In this document: positions 34,898 to 44,236 of the stretch, one piece after another
Numbering within the stretch: the stretch's first letter is position 1
Layout: each line of letters begins with the position of its first letter
IMG/VR virus record: IMGVR_UViG_3300021139_000002
Location: 1 to 64,000 of that record
Reading direction: 5' to 3' (one strand)
Source of the DNA: a virus
DNA: 64,000 nucleotides
Program-made: the position numbers and the translations under genes
The notes under the pieces: generated by a model
Databases searched by the model: none
What the model was told of the DNA's origin: nothing
What the model saw: only the letters and a program-made list of their open reading frames with translations

Positions 34898-37567
34898 ATG
34901 AGTTATGTAGATGCACGATGGGATCGTGACAAAGATATTGTCACCGTTGTTGAAAGAGATCCCAAAAAGGGCAGAGTCTATCAAGATTATCCTGCCAGAT
35001 ATTTGTTTTATTATCCCGATCCTAAGGGGAAACATAAATCAATTTACGGTGAAAGTCTTAGCCGAGTCAGCGCTAAGAGTCACAAAGAATTTATCAAAGA
35101 ACAAAAAATTCACAGCGGTTATAAATTATACGAAAGTGATATTAACCCTGTATTCCGTTGCCTAGAAGAAAACTATCTAGGTAAAGAACCTCCAAAACTA
35201 AATGTGGCGTTTTGGGATATTGAGGTGGACTTTGATCCAGAACGTGGTTATGCATCACCAGACGATGCATTTATGCCAATTACTGCGATTGCTGTTCACC
35301 TACAATGGTTAGACACACTCGTTTGTCTTGCTATACCTCCAAAGACATTGACCGTAGATCAAGCTAAAGAACAGGTTAAAGATTTTCCTAACACATTTAT
35401 ATTTGATACAGAATATGAAATGTTAGACACATTTTTAAACTTGATTGAAGATGCAGATATATTAAGTGGTTGGAACTCAGAGGGCTTCGATATGCCCTAC
35501 ACGGTAAATAGAGTTATCAAAGTCTTAAGCAAAGAAGATACCAGAAGATTTTGTTTATGGGATGCAATGCCCAAGAAGCGGGAGTATGAAAAGTATGGAA
35601 AAGCGGCTGTTACTTATGACCTGGTTGGTCGCGTTCATTTGGACAGCCTCGAATTGTACCGCAAATACACATATGAAGAGCGTCACACCTACCGATTGGA
35701 TGCCATTGGAGAAATGGAGATAGGTGAATCTAAAACCGTATACGAAGGTACATTAGATCAACTTTATAACAATGACTTTAAGAAGTTTATCGAATATAAC
35801 AGACAAGATTGTGCGTTATTAAACAAACTAGATAAAAAATTAAAATTCATTGACCTTGCTAATACAATTGCACACGAAAACACCGTATTGTTGCAAACAA
35901 CAATGGGTGCCGTTGCTGTTACAGAACAGGCTATTGTAAACGAAGCTCATCACAGAGGTTTGATTGTGCCAAGTCGTCCAAGACGTGATGACACAGCAAA
36001 TAGTCAGGCAGCAGGTGCTTATGTTGCATATCCTAAAAAAGGATTGCATGACTACATAGGCTCAATGGACATTAACTCTTTGTATCCATCTGTCATTCGT
36101 GCATTGAATATGGGTCCGGAAACTATTGTCGGACAACTACGTCAAGAATATACTAAAGACGAAATTGATGGCAAAATTGCCAAAGGTAATTCATTTGCGG
36201 CATCTTGGGAAGGTAAGTTTGGCGCCAACGAATATGAAATGGTCATGAATAAAGATCGTGTCAACGATATTACTATCGACTGGGAGAACGGATCAGTTGA
36301 TGTAATGAGCGGTGCTCAAATATATGAATTGATTTTTGAAAGTAATAAACCGTGGATGCTTAGTGCTAACGGTACAATCTTTACACACGAGCACGAAGGT
36401 ATTATCCCTGGATTGCTCAAACGTTGGTATGCTGAACGCAAGGACATGCAGGCTAAACTAAAAGAAGCAATTAAAGCGGAGAATAAAATTGAAGAAGAAT
36501 ACTGGGACAAACGTCAGTTGGTTAAGAAAATTAACCTTAATAGCCTTTACGGTGCTATCCTTAATGTTGGGTGTCGTTTCTTTGATGATCGTATTGGTCA
36601 ATCAACCACCCTTACAGGGCGTGGAATTGCCCGACATATGGCCGCTAAAATCAATGAAGTTATTACAGGCGAATACAATCACGTCGGTAAGTCAATCATC
36701 TACGGAGACACCGACTCGGCTTATTTCAGTGCCTATTCATCCTTAAAGAATGAAATTGCCAAAGGCGAAATTGCATGGAACAAAGATACTGCTGTTCAGC
36801 TGTATGATACTATTGCCGCAGAAGTCAATAGTACATTCCCTCAGTATATGTTAGATGCACATCATTGTCCAAAGTCACGCGGTGAAGTTATTAAAGCCGG
36901 TCGTGAAATCGTTGCTATCAAAGGCCTGTTCATTACCAAGAAGCGTTATGCTGTGTTGTATTACGATAAAGAAGGTAAACGTGCAGACGTAGATGGTAAG
37001 CCAGGTAAAATTAAAGCCATGGGGTTAGATCTCAAGCGTAGTGATACTCCAGAATTTATGCAAAAGTTCTTAGAAGAAATTTTAACTGATGTACTTAACG
37101 GTGCTCAGGAAAAAGAAACATTAGAACGCATCAGCGAATTCCGTACAGAATTCAAAGCCCGCCCAGGTTGGGAGAAAGGAAGTCCGAAACGTGCAAACAA
37201 CATTACAGAATACGAAGCAAAAGAGAAGAAGGCTGGCAAGGCTAATATGCCTGGTCATGTTAGAGCAAGTATTAATTGGAATACGCTCAAAAGAATGAAC
37301 GGTGACAAGTACAGCCAACAGATTGTTGATGGTATGAAAGTTATTGTGTGTAAGTTGAAAGCTAATCCATTAGGTTATACATCAGTAGCTTATCCAGTAG
37401 ACGAGTTGCGTTTACCCAAATGGTTCCAAGAATTACCATTTGATCATGCAGAAATGGAAACTACCATTATCAACAATAAGATTGAAAATCTTATAGGTGT
37501 ACTAGAATGGGATCTAAATAGTACCACCGAAACAAACACGTTTGGAAGTCTATTCAGTTTTGAATAA
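34898..37567 (+). CDS. polB: Family B DNA polymerase
   Basis: Exo DIE, GWN…FD, YN.QD; Pol DINSLYPS, K..LNSLYG, YGDTDS, KKRY; ATG 34898 after GGAG. Confidence 0.97.
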   Translation: MSYVDARWDRDKDIVTVVERDPKKGRVYQDYPARYLFYYPDPKGKHKSIYGESLSRVSAKSHKEFIKEQKIHSGYKLYESDINPVFRCLEENYLGKEPPKLNVAFWDIEVDFDPERGYASPDDAFMPITAIAVHLQWLDTLVCLAIPPKTLTVDQAKEQVKDFPNTFIFDTEYEMLDTFLNLIEDADILSGWNSEGFDMPYTVNRVIKVLSKEDTRRFCLWDAMPKKREYEKYGKAAVTYDLVGRVHLDSLELYRKYTYEERHTYRLDAIGEMEIGESKTVYEGTLDQLYNNDFKKFIEYNRQDCALLNKLDKKLKFIDLANTIAHENTVLLQTTMGAVAVTEQAIVNEAHHRGLIVPSRPRRDDTANSQAAGAYVAYPKKGLHDYIGSMDINSLYPSVIRALNMGPETIVGQLRQEYTKDEIDGKIAKGNSFAASWEGKFGANEYEMVMNKDRVNDITIDWENGSVDVMSGAQIYELIFESNKPWMLSANGTIFTHEHEGIIPGLLKRWYAERKDMQAKLKEAIKAENKIEEEYWDKRQLVKKINLNSLYGAILNVGCRFFDDRIGQSTTLTGRGIARHMAAKINEVITGEYNHVGKSIIYGDTDSAYFSAYSSLKNEIAKGEIAWNKDTAVQLYDTIAAEVNSTFPQYMLDAHHCPKSRGEVIKAGREIVAIKGLFITKKRYAVLYYDKEGKRADVDGKPGKIKAMGLDLKRSDTPEFMQKFLEEILTDVLNGAQEKETLERISEFRTEFKARPGWEKGSPKRANNITEYEAKEKKAGKANMPGHVRASINWNTLKRMNGDKYSQQIVDGMKVIVCKLKANPLGYTSVAYPVDELRLPKWFQELPFDHAEMETTIINNKIENLIGVLEWDLNSTTETNTFGSLFSFE

Positions 37568-37575
37568 AAAATATA

Positions 37576-37604
37576 TTGACTTTACAAGCAGATCTAAATA
37601 AACT
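37576..37604 (+). promoter_or_regulatory. Sigma70-type promoter with nested TAAATA
   Basis: TTGACT-17-TAAACT; TAAATA 37595-37600. Confidence 0.6.
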
Positions 37605-37624
37605 TATACAAAGGAATTATAATT

Positions 37625-38359
37625 ATGAAATCTATCCTCCAAGACATCGTTGCTCACACAAACAAATTAGGCTTTCTTAATATTGTTAAAGTAACAGGTA
37701 CTGAAGACAAAACATTAATCGACTCAATGGCAGATGACCGTAGTGTTATTATGTATGCCGAAACTGCAAATCCATACTTAGAGATGGTCGGTACATTTGG
37801 CATGCCGCAACTTGAAAAACTTCGCTATCTAGTAGATGGTAAGGAATATCAAGACGGTGCAACCATCGAAGTAGTCACTGCCGACCGCAACGGAGAAACT
37901 ATTCCAATTGGTCTTCACTTTGAAAATAAAGATGGCGACTTCAAGAACGATTATCGTTTTATGAATCAGGCTATCATCGAAGAAAAACTAAAAACCGTTA
38001 AATTCCGTGGAGTTAACTGGCACGTTGAAGTTACTCCAACCGTTAGTGCTATCCAGCGTTTCCAATTCCAAGCAGGTGCTAACACAGAACATACAACATT
38101 CTTAGCTAAGACAGATGGTGATAAATTAGTATTCACATTCGGTGATGCTAGCAGTCACGGTGGTGAATTTACTTTTGCAACAGGTGTTACTGGAAAGATT
38201 ACTAAAGCATGGACATGGCCAGTTAACAATGTTTTAAACATCTTAAAAATTGCCGATGGTAACAATACCAAGATGAGTTTTAGTAACGATGGTGCTATGC
38301 AAATTGAATTAGATAGCGGCATTGCAACTTACAAATATATTATCCCAGCAAACGCATGA
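37625..38359 (+). CDS. Sliding clamp (gp45/PCNA-like)
   Basis: 244 aa, follows PolB, beta-rich, ends YKYIIPA like PCNA-type clamps. Confidence 0.7.
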   Translation: MKSILQDIVAHTNKLGFLNIVKVTGTEDKTLIDSMADDRSVIMYAETANPYLEMVGTFGMPQLEKLRYLVDGKEYQDGATIEVVTADRNGETIPIGLHFENKDGDFKNDYRFMNQAIIEEKLKTVKFRGVNWHVEVTPTVSAIQRFQFQAGANTEHTTFLAKTDGDKLVFTFGDASSHGGEFTFATGVTGKITKAWTWPVNNVLNILKIADGNNTKMSFSNDGAMQIELDSGIATYKYIIPANA

Positions 38360-38604
38360 TAAAAGGTCTAACTCCTTGGAATAAAGGCAAGACAGGTGTT
38401 CAAAAAGGTTCCAGATTGGGGGTAGAAGTAAGTGCCGAAACCCGTGCTAAAATGAGTGCCGCACAAAAAGGAAAGGTAATGTCAGACTTGCAAAAAGAAA
38501 AAATAAGTGCTACACTTAAAGGTAGAAAGATGTCAGAAGAAACTAAAAGAAAAATGTCAGAGGCAAGAAAAAAATTATGGGAACAAAAACGCAATGAAAA
38601 ATAG
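38356..38604 (+). CDS. NUMOD3-repeat protein without nuclease domain (homing endonuclease remnant)
   Basis: PWNKGK; S.ETRAKMSAAQKG; S..QKEKISATLKG; SEETKRKMSEARK. Confidence 0.75.
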   Translation: MIKGLTPWNKGKTGVQKGSRLGVEVSAETRAKMSAAQKGKVMSDLQKEKISATLKGRKMSEETKRKMSEARKKLWEQKRNEK

Positions 38605-40228
38605 ACCACCAGTAGATTTAAGTGCATTAAACAAGGATTACGCCTGCTATTTGCCAGCCATTAGTTCTTTTTATAGTACCTACGTTGCTAAACAACGTCT
38701 AGAAGAGTTTGTACCCAACGATCGTATTCCTAAAGGATTTGATCGTGGTATCGAGGGTATGAACTTTTTAAATCCTGAACAAGGATATTTTACTTATAAG
38801 TATGCCTTATATTCTGCAGGTCATGCACAATTAGATATTGTCAAGGCACAGACGCAAGAATCAATGATACAACAACGTGATCGCAATGGTACATTGATAC
38901 TAGGAGACTCCGGCGGATACCAAATTGGCAAGGGTGTTTTAAAGTTTGATTGGTTAGATTTCGAAGGAGCAAAGGCAAACGCTACTCGCCAACAAATCTT
39001 AGAGTGGTTAGAAGCAACTGCTGATTGGTCAATGATGCTTGACGTTCCTACTTGGGCATGTGACCATATACATAGTCCTAAAACTGGTTTAAAAACTTTT
39101 GAAGATTGTTTAGAGAAGACACGTTTTAATAACAAATACTTCTTAGATAATCGATTAGGTGCTACTAAATGGCTGAACGTTTTACAAGGATCAGATTGGG
39201 ATACTGCCGAACAATGGTATCAAGGTGTTAAAGAGTTTAGTGACCCTAACGGTCCGTATGCTGGTAAAGAAGCCGAAGGTTGGGCCTTTGGTGGAGCTAA
39301 CATGTGTAAAATGGATATTACTCTTAAGCGTTTAATGACGTTAAGAGAAGATGGTTTGCTGAAGGGCAAAAACTGGATCCACTTCTTGGGTACAGCACAA
39401 CTTGACTGGAGTTGTTACTTAACTTTAATTCAAAGACAAATCAGGAAACATATTAATGAAGAAATTACCATCTCTTTTGATTGCGCCTCACCGTTCATTG
39501 CAACAGCGCACGGACTTGTCTACACCAACGCTCAACACTCTCCCAAAAGGTGGAGTGTTATTATGGACAAAGCCCCAGATAACAAAGCACTTGCCGGATC
39601 CGACATTCCGTTTCCCTTTGAAAGCGAAATCGGCAGCAGGTTAACAATGGGCGATATTGCTTACTATGACTTAGGTCAACGTAAGACAGATGCAGAATTA
39701 AATGGTGTTAAGTTTGATCATTTAAACCCAGATCATTATCATATTGTTCCTAAACTTAACAAGTTAGGTAAGATTCCAAACAGAACAAGTTGGGATAGTT
39801 TTGCGTATGCACTAATGATGGGGCACAATGTCGAATGTCATATTAAAGGTGTTCAAAGAGCACAACATTTAATGGATATTGAAATTGCTAAGACTAAAGA
39901 TAAACTTACTTGGAGACATTGGAAGAAAGTTAAAAATCAAGATATGAGCGACGAGTACAGCGATTGGGTTCCTCGCAACATCTTGTATTTTAGCAGTTTC
40001 ATCGAAGACTTGTTTAATACAGCAACAAAAGACGAAGCCTTTGCATTAATCGATCAAGCAGGTCCATTCTTGCGTAGCTTAGAAGGTGCTCGACTACAAG
40101 GCGGTCCTGCACAAAATACATTTGGCAATTTGTTTGAAATCGAAACGGTAACAGACCAAGACGAAATTGATCTTGCTAATCCAGACGACGACGAACTAAG
40201 AGCACTTGAAGAAGGTATTGGAGAATAA
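38594..40228 (+). CDS. dpdA: TGT-fold guanine transglycosylase (DpdA-like, probably DNA-modifying)
   Basis: DSGGYQ, LDVP, VLQG, WAFGG, HFLG, SFDCAS; co-located with replication and Que genes. Confidence 0.7.
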   Translation: MKNRPPVDLSALNKDYACYLPAISSFYSTYVAKQRLEEFVPNDRIPKGFDRGIEGMNFLNPEQGYFTYKYALYSAGHAQLDIVKAQTQESMIQQRDRNGTLILGDSGGYQIGKGVLKFDWLDFEGAKANATRQQILEWLEATADWSMMLDVPTWACDHIHSPKTGLKTFEDCLEKTRFNNKYFLDNRLGATKWLNVLQGSDWDTAEQWYQGVKEFSDPNGPYAGKEAEGWAFGGANMCKMDITLKRLMTLREDGLLKGKNWIHFLGTAQLDWSCYLTLIQRQIRKHINEEITISFDCASPFIATAHGLVYTNAQHSPKRWSVIMDKAPDNKALAGSDIPFPFESEIGSRLTMGDIAYYDLGQRKTDAELNGVKFDHLNPDHYHIVPKLNKLGKIPNRTSWDSFAYALMMGHNVECHIKGVQRAQHLMDIEIAKTKDKLTWRHWKKVKNQDMSDEYSDWVPRNILYFSSFIEDLFNTATKDEAFALIDQAGPFLRSLEGARLQGGPAQNTFGNLFEIETVTDQDEIDLANPDDDELRALEEGIGE

Positions 40229-40229
40229 T

Positions 40230-40430
40230 ATGGCAACACGTAAAAAGAAGGCAGTATCACCAAATGTAGATAGTGGCGGTTGGCCTAAAATACAACAAGG
40301 TACACACCTTACCGTAAAAACATTCGAAGATGGGCATACTGAATTAATTTGGGATGATGAAGCATTGCTCAAGGAAGTAAGAGATGCTATACTAAACTAT
40401 GAATTAGGTGATTTTCAACCTCCCTGTTAA
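40230..40430 (+). CDS. Hypothetical protein
   Basis: ATG 40230 with GGAG SD. Confidence 0.6.
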   Translation: MATRKKKAVSPNVDSGGWPKIQQGTHLTVKTFEDGHTELIWDDEALLKEVRDAILNYELGDFQPPC

Positions 40431-40447
40431 ACTAAAGGAAAAACAAA

Positions 40448-40642
40448 ATGAGTGCAATTTCAAACAAACTAGTTAAAGCAAATGAGAGCTTTACCATCAA
40501 CCGTTATGACAACGGCTTTATGATTGAAGTAGGCGGGCGTGACGACAATGACGATTGGAAAAGCGCCAAAGTTATTGTCGGATCAGAAGACGAACTAATC
40601 GACGCTATTAAAGAAGCGTTGGCATTACCTTTAGCAGAGTAA
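40448..40642 (+). CDS. Hypothetical protein
   Basis: YDNGFMIEVGG motif; AAGGA SD. Confidence 0.7.
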   Translation: MSAISNKLVKANESFTINRYDNGFMIEVGGRDDNDDWKSAKVIVGSEDELIDAIKEALALPLAE

Positions 40643-40851
40643 TGTCTGATCTCATTTATCTCGTCTTAGGTTTTATATTTGGCGTTATCTTTATGCTTAA
40701 TAATAAAGAATATCGTCAAATGAAAACCTACGAACAATTAGATGAAGAAATGCGTAAAGAATTAGATACAAATAAGAACCTTGTTAAAAGTCTTAAAGAC
40801 GACTTGCATTGGGCAAAACAAAAAATCCAACACCTTAAGGAGAAACAATAA
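40642..40851 (+). CDS. TM + coiled-coil small protein
   Basis: N-terminal hydrophobic helix. Confidence 0.65.
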   Translation: MSDLIYLVLGFIFGVIFMLNNKEYRQMKTYEQLDEEMRKELDTNKNLVKSLKDDLHWAKQKIQHLKEKQ

Positions 40852-41348
40852 TGGCGTGGTTTTCAGTTAAAACATATTACAAAAAGTCCTGCGAACAGCA
40901 CGAATATTTTGTTCAACGTGAAGGGGAAGGCAGGATCAAAGTCGTTGACGGATTTCGTTTCTGCGAATATAAAATAGAAACTAATGATGATAAGTTTCCA
41001 GAGTTTGAATTTACATTTGTTCCAGGCGGCGATGGAAAGAAAGATAGTTTAGATCTTAACAACTTAACTGGAAAGAATATCGAATATTCAGAACTTGTTG
41101 AAATGTTCGATGGTGGATGTTGGGGTGGTGTCGAAGTTGAAGGCATCGAAGATGAAGACGAAGTTGAAGAACTAGAAGAATTCATTAGTGAAAACGGTGC
41201 ATACGCATTGGAAGATGAAGATGAATGGTACCTAGACGAAACAGAAGTTTGGGTATGGGGTCCTTTAGAAGTTACTGATGAAGACGGCAACACTCGTATT
41301 ATCATTGCCGACGAAAATGGTAACATCACTGACTTTGTAGACGAGTAA
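40851..41348 (+). CDS. Highly acidic hypothetical protein
   Basis: D/E-dense C-terminal half; AAGGAG SD. Confidence 0.75.
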   Translation: MAWFSVKTYYKKSCEQHEYFVQREGEGRIKVVDGFRFCEYKIETNDDKFPEFEFTFVPGGDGKKDSLDLNNLTGKNIEYSELVEMFDGGCWGGVEVEGIEDEDEVEELEEFISENGAYALEDEDEWYLDETEVWVWGPLEVTDEDGNTRIIIADENGNITDFVDE

Positions 41349-41364
41349 TTGGACAACCAATATA

Positions 41365-41393
41365 TTGACTTATACTATAAGACCTGCTATATT
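41365..41393 (+). promoter_or_regulatory. Sigma70-type promoter, probably driving a leaderless mRNA
   Basis: TTGACT-17-TATATT; ATG 41400 lies 7 nt after the -10 box. Confidence 0.6.
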
Positions 41394-41399
41394 TAACGT

Positions 41400-41912
41400 A
41401 TGAAAAGAGATTACGAGTCCGGTACATCTGATAATGTCCAATTTTTTATTGGCAGAGAAATTGAACATACGCCTGCATTTGGTAAAATGACATTGTTTGT
41501 AACAGGTGTACACCCAACTGACGAAATTGCTCTAAACCTAAACGGTGCAGAGCATATCTTCTTTGGTGCTAATCATAGTTTTAATCCACAAAATAATTTG
41601 GATTGGCAACGTTGGGAGACAATGATATCATTCTTTTTAGATAAAGGATATCTGTGCAGTCTCGATATTCCAATGAGTGCTGTTGAAGAATTTAACGAAA
41701 ACGGGTTAAACGAGTACGATAACTTTATTCCACAGATACGTGTACCAATTCCGTATATTAAACTTTGGAATTATAATACAATGATTAAAATCGACGATAT
41801 AGATTTTAATGCAACAAATCCAGGTGTGTGGTCTCATAGTCTACATGATTTAAAGGATCGTTCCAAATTTACAAGTTGGGACAAATATAAAAACGATAAG
41901 GTATTAAAATGA
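41400..41912 (+). CDS. Conserved hypothetical protein in the modification cluster
   Basis: G.E.EHTP..G..TLFV.G, HIFFGANHSF, K.DD.DF.ATNPGVW. Confidence 0.75.
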   Translation: MKRDYESGTSDNVQFFIGREIEHTPAFGKMTLFVTGVHPTDEIALNLNGAEHIFFGANHSFNPQNNLDWQRWETMISFFLDKGYLCSLDIPMSAVEEFNENGLNEYDNFIPQIRVPIPYIKLWNYNTMIKIDDIDFNATNPGVWSHSLHDLKDRSKFTSWDKYKNDKVLK

Positions 41913-42088
41913 TTAATTCAAAAATTACAAAAGGTGCCCCTAAAGAGGATCCGCAAGAGAAGCTGTTCAAGTTACTTGAAAGTATTGACTGGAAGTTATG
42001 GGAAATGTATAATATGATGAAAGACAGCCAAACTCTTGTAACTAAAAAGCCTACAACAACCAAAGCAAAAAAGACAACAGATGAGTGA
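41909..42088 (+). CDS. Small hypothetical protein
   Basis: Hand-translated 59 aa (…LLESIDWKLWEMY…); ATGA overlap. Confidence 0.6.
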   Translation: MINSKITKGAPKEDPQEKLFKLLESIDWKLWEMYNMMKDSQTLVTKKPTTTKAKKTTDE

Positions 42089-42464
42089 ACTATCAATGAT
42101 TTGGGTTACCTTCCAGAAAGAAGGTATCCACTGCTACCCTGCCGCGGCAACTGATCCTAAACTTGCCACAGGCGATGAGTATGATGTTAGTTTCTTAGGA
42201 ACACCGCATCGTCATATCTTTCACTTCAAAGTTTCTATTGAAGTCTTTCAAGATGATCGTGATATCGAATTTATCCAGTTTAAGCGTTGGCTTGAAAAGT
42301 GCTACAGCGATGGCACATTAGAGCTTAACCACAAATCCTGTGAGATGATTGCTCGTGATCTTAACACGACAATTACCGCAAGATATCCAGGTCGTAAGAC
42401 CTCGATTGAAGTAAGTGAGGATGGCGAGAATGGCGCTACCCTTGCATTTTTTAACCAAACCTAA
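42081..42464 (+). CDS. QueD-paralog T-fold enzyme with LxxxHRHxF motif (DpdL-like)
   Basis: H.YP…FLGTPHRHIF…DRDIEF…SCE.IA…VSEDGENG. Confidence 0.7.
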   Translation: MSELSMIWVTFQKEGIHCYPAAATDPKLATGDEYDVSFLGTPHRHIFHFKVSIEVFQDDRDIEFIQFKRWLEKCYSDGTLELNHKSCEMIARDLNTTITARYPGRKTSIEVSEDGENGATLAFFNQT

Positions 42465-42481
42465 TATTAGGAAATAATAAA

Positions 42482-42724
42482 ATGGCACAACCCGCCTACA
42501 TTCAAAAAACCCTTCGTATGAAACCCGAAGTCGAAAAAATCTTCGATGACCTCGATGCATGGCTTGACCATTGCCGTTTCAACCTGTTGGATTTTAATCC
42601 AGCAGACTTGTATCGCTCGCAAGAGTATCGATACTTTGCCAATCGCGGCAAACCACGCGAAGGATACAAGGGTAAAAATCCTCGTTACGAGAATCGAAAC
42701 AATGGCGAACGTTTTTCTCGTTGA
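42482..42724 (+). CDS. Hypothetical protein
   Basis: IFDDLD…CR…F.PADLY; AGGA SD. Confidence 0.7.
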   Translation: MAQPAYIQKTLRMKPEVEKIFDDLDAWLDHCRFNLLDFNPADLYRSQEYRYFANRGKPREGYKGKNPRYENRNNGERFSR

Positions 42725-43775
42725 TCTTGAAAGCGTAGAAACAAGGTACACGGGTCAATGGAAGGCCCATGTACCTAATCTACTTTCAAAAGCAGGACAT
42801 AATGTTCAAGTTATATCTGGCCCTACTGATATCCCTAGTGCTACTACCCCTGGTGCTTTTCTTAATTTTGGCGGCACCAATATCTACAAAGCAAATCAAG
42901 TCGAGCAGATTGGACGGTTATTTTGCTCCGGAGCAGTTAAACCTGGCGATCATTTTTTGTTTACTGACGCTTGGCATCCTGGCATCATTAATTTAAAGTA
43001 CATGAGTCAATTACTAGGCATCCCAGTAATTACACATGGACTATGGCATGCCGGGTCATACGACCCTCAAGACTTTTTAGGTCGTCTTGTTGGAGATACT
43101 CCTTGGGTTAGACATGCTGAAAAGAGTTTCTATCATTCGTTTGATCATAATCACTTTGCTACAGAATTTCACATCGAGATGTTCTGTAAAAATTTGTTAG
43201 ATTATGTAAACTCAGATGTTGTTCGTCAATTTGCACCAACTAAAATTGTACGCACAGGTTGGCCAATGGAATATATGGTTGATACACTTTCTTCATACAA
43301 GGGTATGAATAAACGAGATCTAATCTTGTTCCCACATCGCATCGCACCTGAAAAACAAGTCGATATTTTCCGAGACTTAAAAGAACACTTATCACAATAC
43401 GAGTTTGTTGTATGTCAGGATCAGCAACTAACTAAAAATGAATATCATAATTTGTTAGGTGAAGCAAAACTGGTATTCAGTGCAAACTTGCAAGAAACAT
43501 TGGGTATCAGTTGGTACGAAGGTGCTATTGTAGGTGCTATTCCAATGGTGCCAGATCGTTTAAGTTATAGCGAAATGGCATTTGATACATTTAAGTATCC
43601 TAGTGCGTGGACTGAAAATTTTAATTCATACGCATTTCATAGGCCGGAATTATGCAGTAAAATTATCCAATACATGGATAATTATGAAAAATTCTTACCT
43701 ACGTTGAATAAGCAGGTCGATTCTTTAACTGAAAATTTCTTTAGTGCAACTACATTGGTGGAGATGATTAAATGA
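42702..43775 (+). CDS. GT-B glycosyltransferase (GT4-like)
   Basis: FPHR..PEK, QETLGISWYEG (ExxGxxxxE), P.VPDRLSY.E. Confidence 0.8.
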   Translation: MANVFLVDLESVETRYTGQWKAHVPNLLSKAGHNVQVISGPTDIPSATTPGAFLNFGGTNIYKANQVEQIGRLFCSGAVKPGDHFLFTDAWHPGIINLKYMSQLLGIPVITHGLWHAGSYDPQDFLGRLVGDTPWVRHAEKSFYHSFDHNHFATEFHIEMFCKNLLDYVNSDVVRQFAPTKIVRTGWPMEYMVDTLSSYKGMNKRDLILFPHRIAPEKQVDIFRDLKEHLSQYEFVVCQDQQLTKNEYHNLLGEAKLVFSANLQETLGISWYEGAIVGAIPMVPDRLSYSEMAFDTFKYPSAWTENFNSYAFHRPELCSKIIQYMDNYEKFLPTLNKQVDSLTENFFSATTLVEMIK

Positions 43776-44236
43776 AATGGTTATTAAATACACTCGAGCG
43801 TTTAGGTCGTAAACGTGTTGTGATGGATAGAATTAACGATGAACCTTATCTTGAACGTTATTACCTTTTTCTTAAAGATAGAAAGCGGTTCCCTTTCAAT
43901 ATGTTTCTTCACCGTTTCCTTAAGTCAGATCCCGATGATGTGCATGATCATCCATGGCCTTACGCTACACTTATCTTAAAAGGTGGTTATTATGAATGGA
44001 CTCCTATATTCGACGGAGAAAACAAAAAAATCGGAGAAGTACGAAAATGGAAGGGCGCTGGACACTTTCGTACTTGTAGTGCTCGCTCTTATCATCGTAT
44101 TGAGCTTGACCCTAGCGTAGAATGCTGGACATTGTTTATGCCTGGTCCACAAACCCGTGAATGGGGATTCTTATACAAGAATAAGTGGATGCACAACGAC
44201 GAATATCTTAAAGGTCGAGCTGAGAGAATTTTGTAA
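43772..44236 (+). CDS. Cupin-fold metalloprotein
   Basis: HDHPW…GGY.E and YHRIEL…WTLF. Confidence 0.75.
   Translation: MKWLLNTLERLGRKRVVMDRINDEPYLERYYLFLKDRKRFPFNMFLHRFLKSDPDDVHDHPWPYATLILKGGYYEWTPIFDGENKKIGEVRKWKGAGHFRTCSARSYHRIELDPSVECWTLFMPGPQTREWGFLYKNKWMHNDEYLKGRAERIL

Noticed and set aside
34898-37567. Intein or intron in DNA polymerase
   Set aside because: Motifs are normally spaced in an uninterrupted ~890-aa frame
38507-38593. Longer N-terminus of the TGT-like ORF in the ORF track
   Set aside because: Runs through the NUMOD3 ORF in another frame; ATG 38594 is more plausible
38594-40228. Canonical tRNA-guanine transglycosylase (tgt)
   Set aside because: No CxCxxC…H Zn site seen; length and context (replication genes, QueD/QueE/DpdL-like) favour a DNA-acting DpdA-like enzyme, although the substrate is unproven
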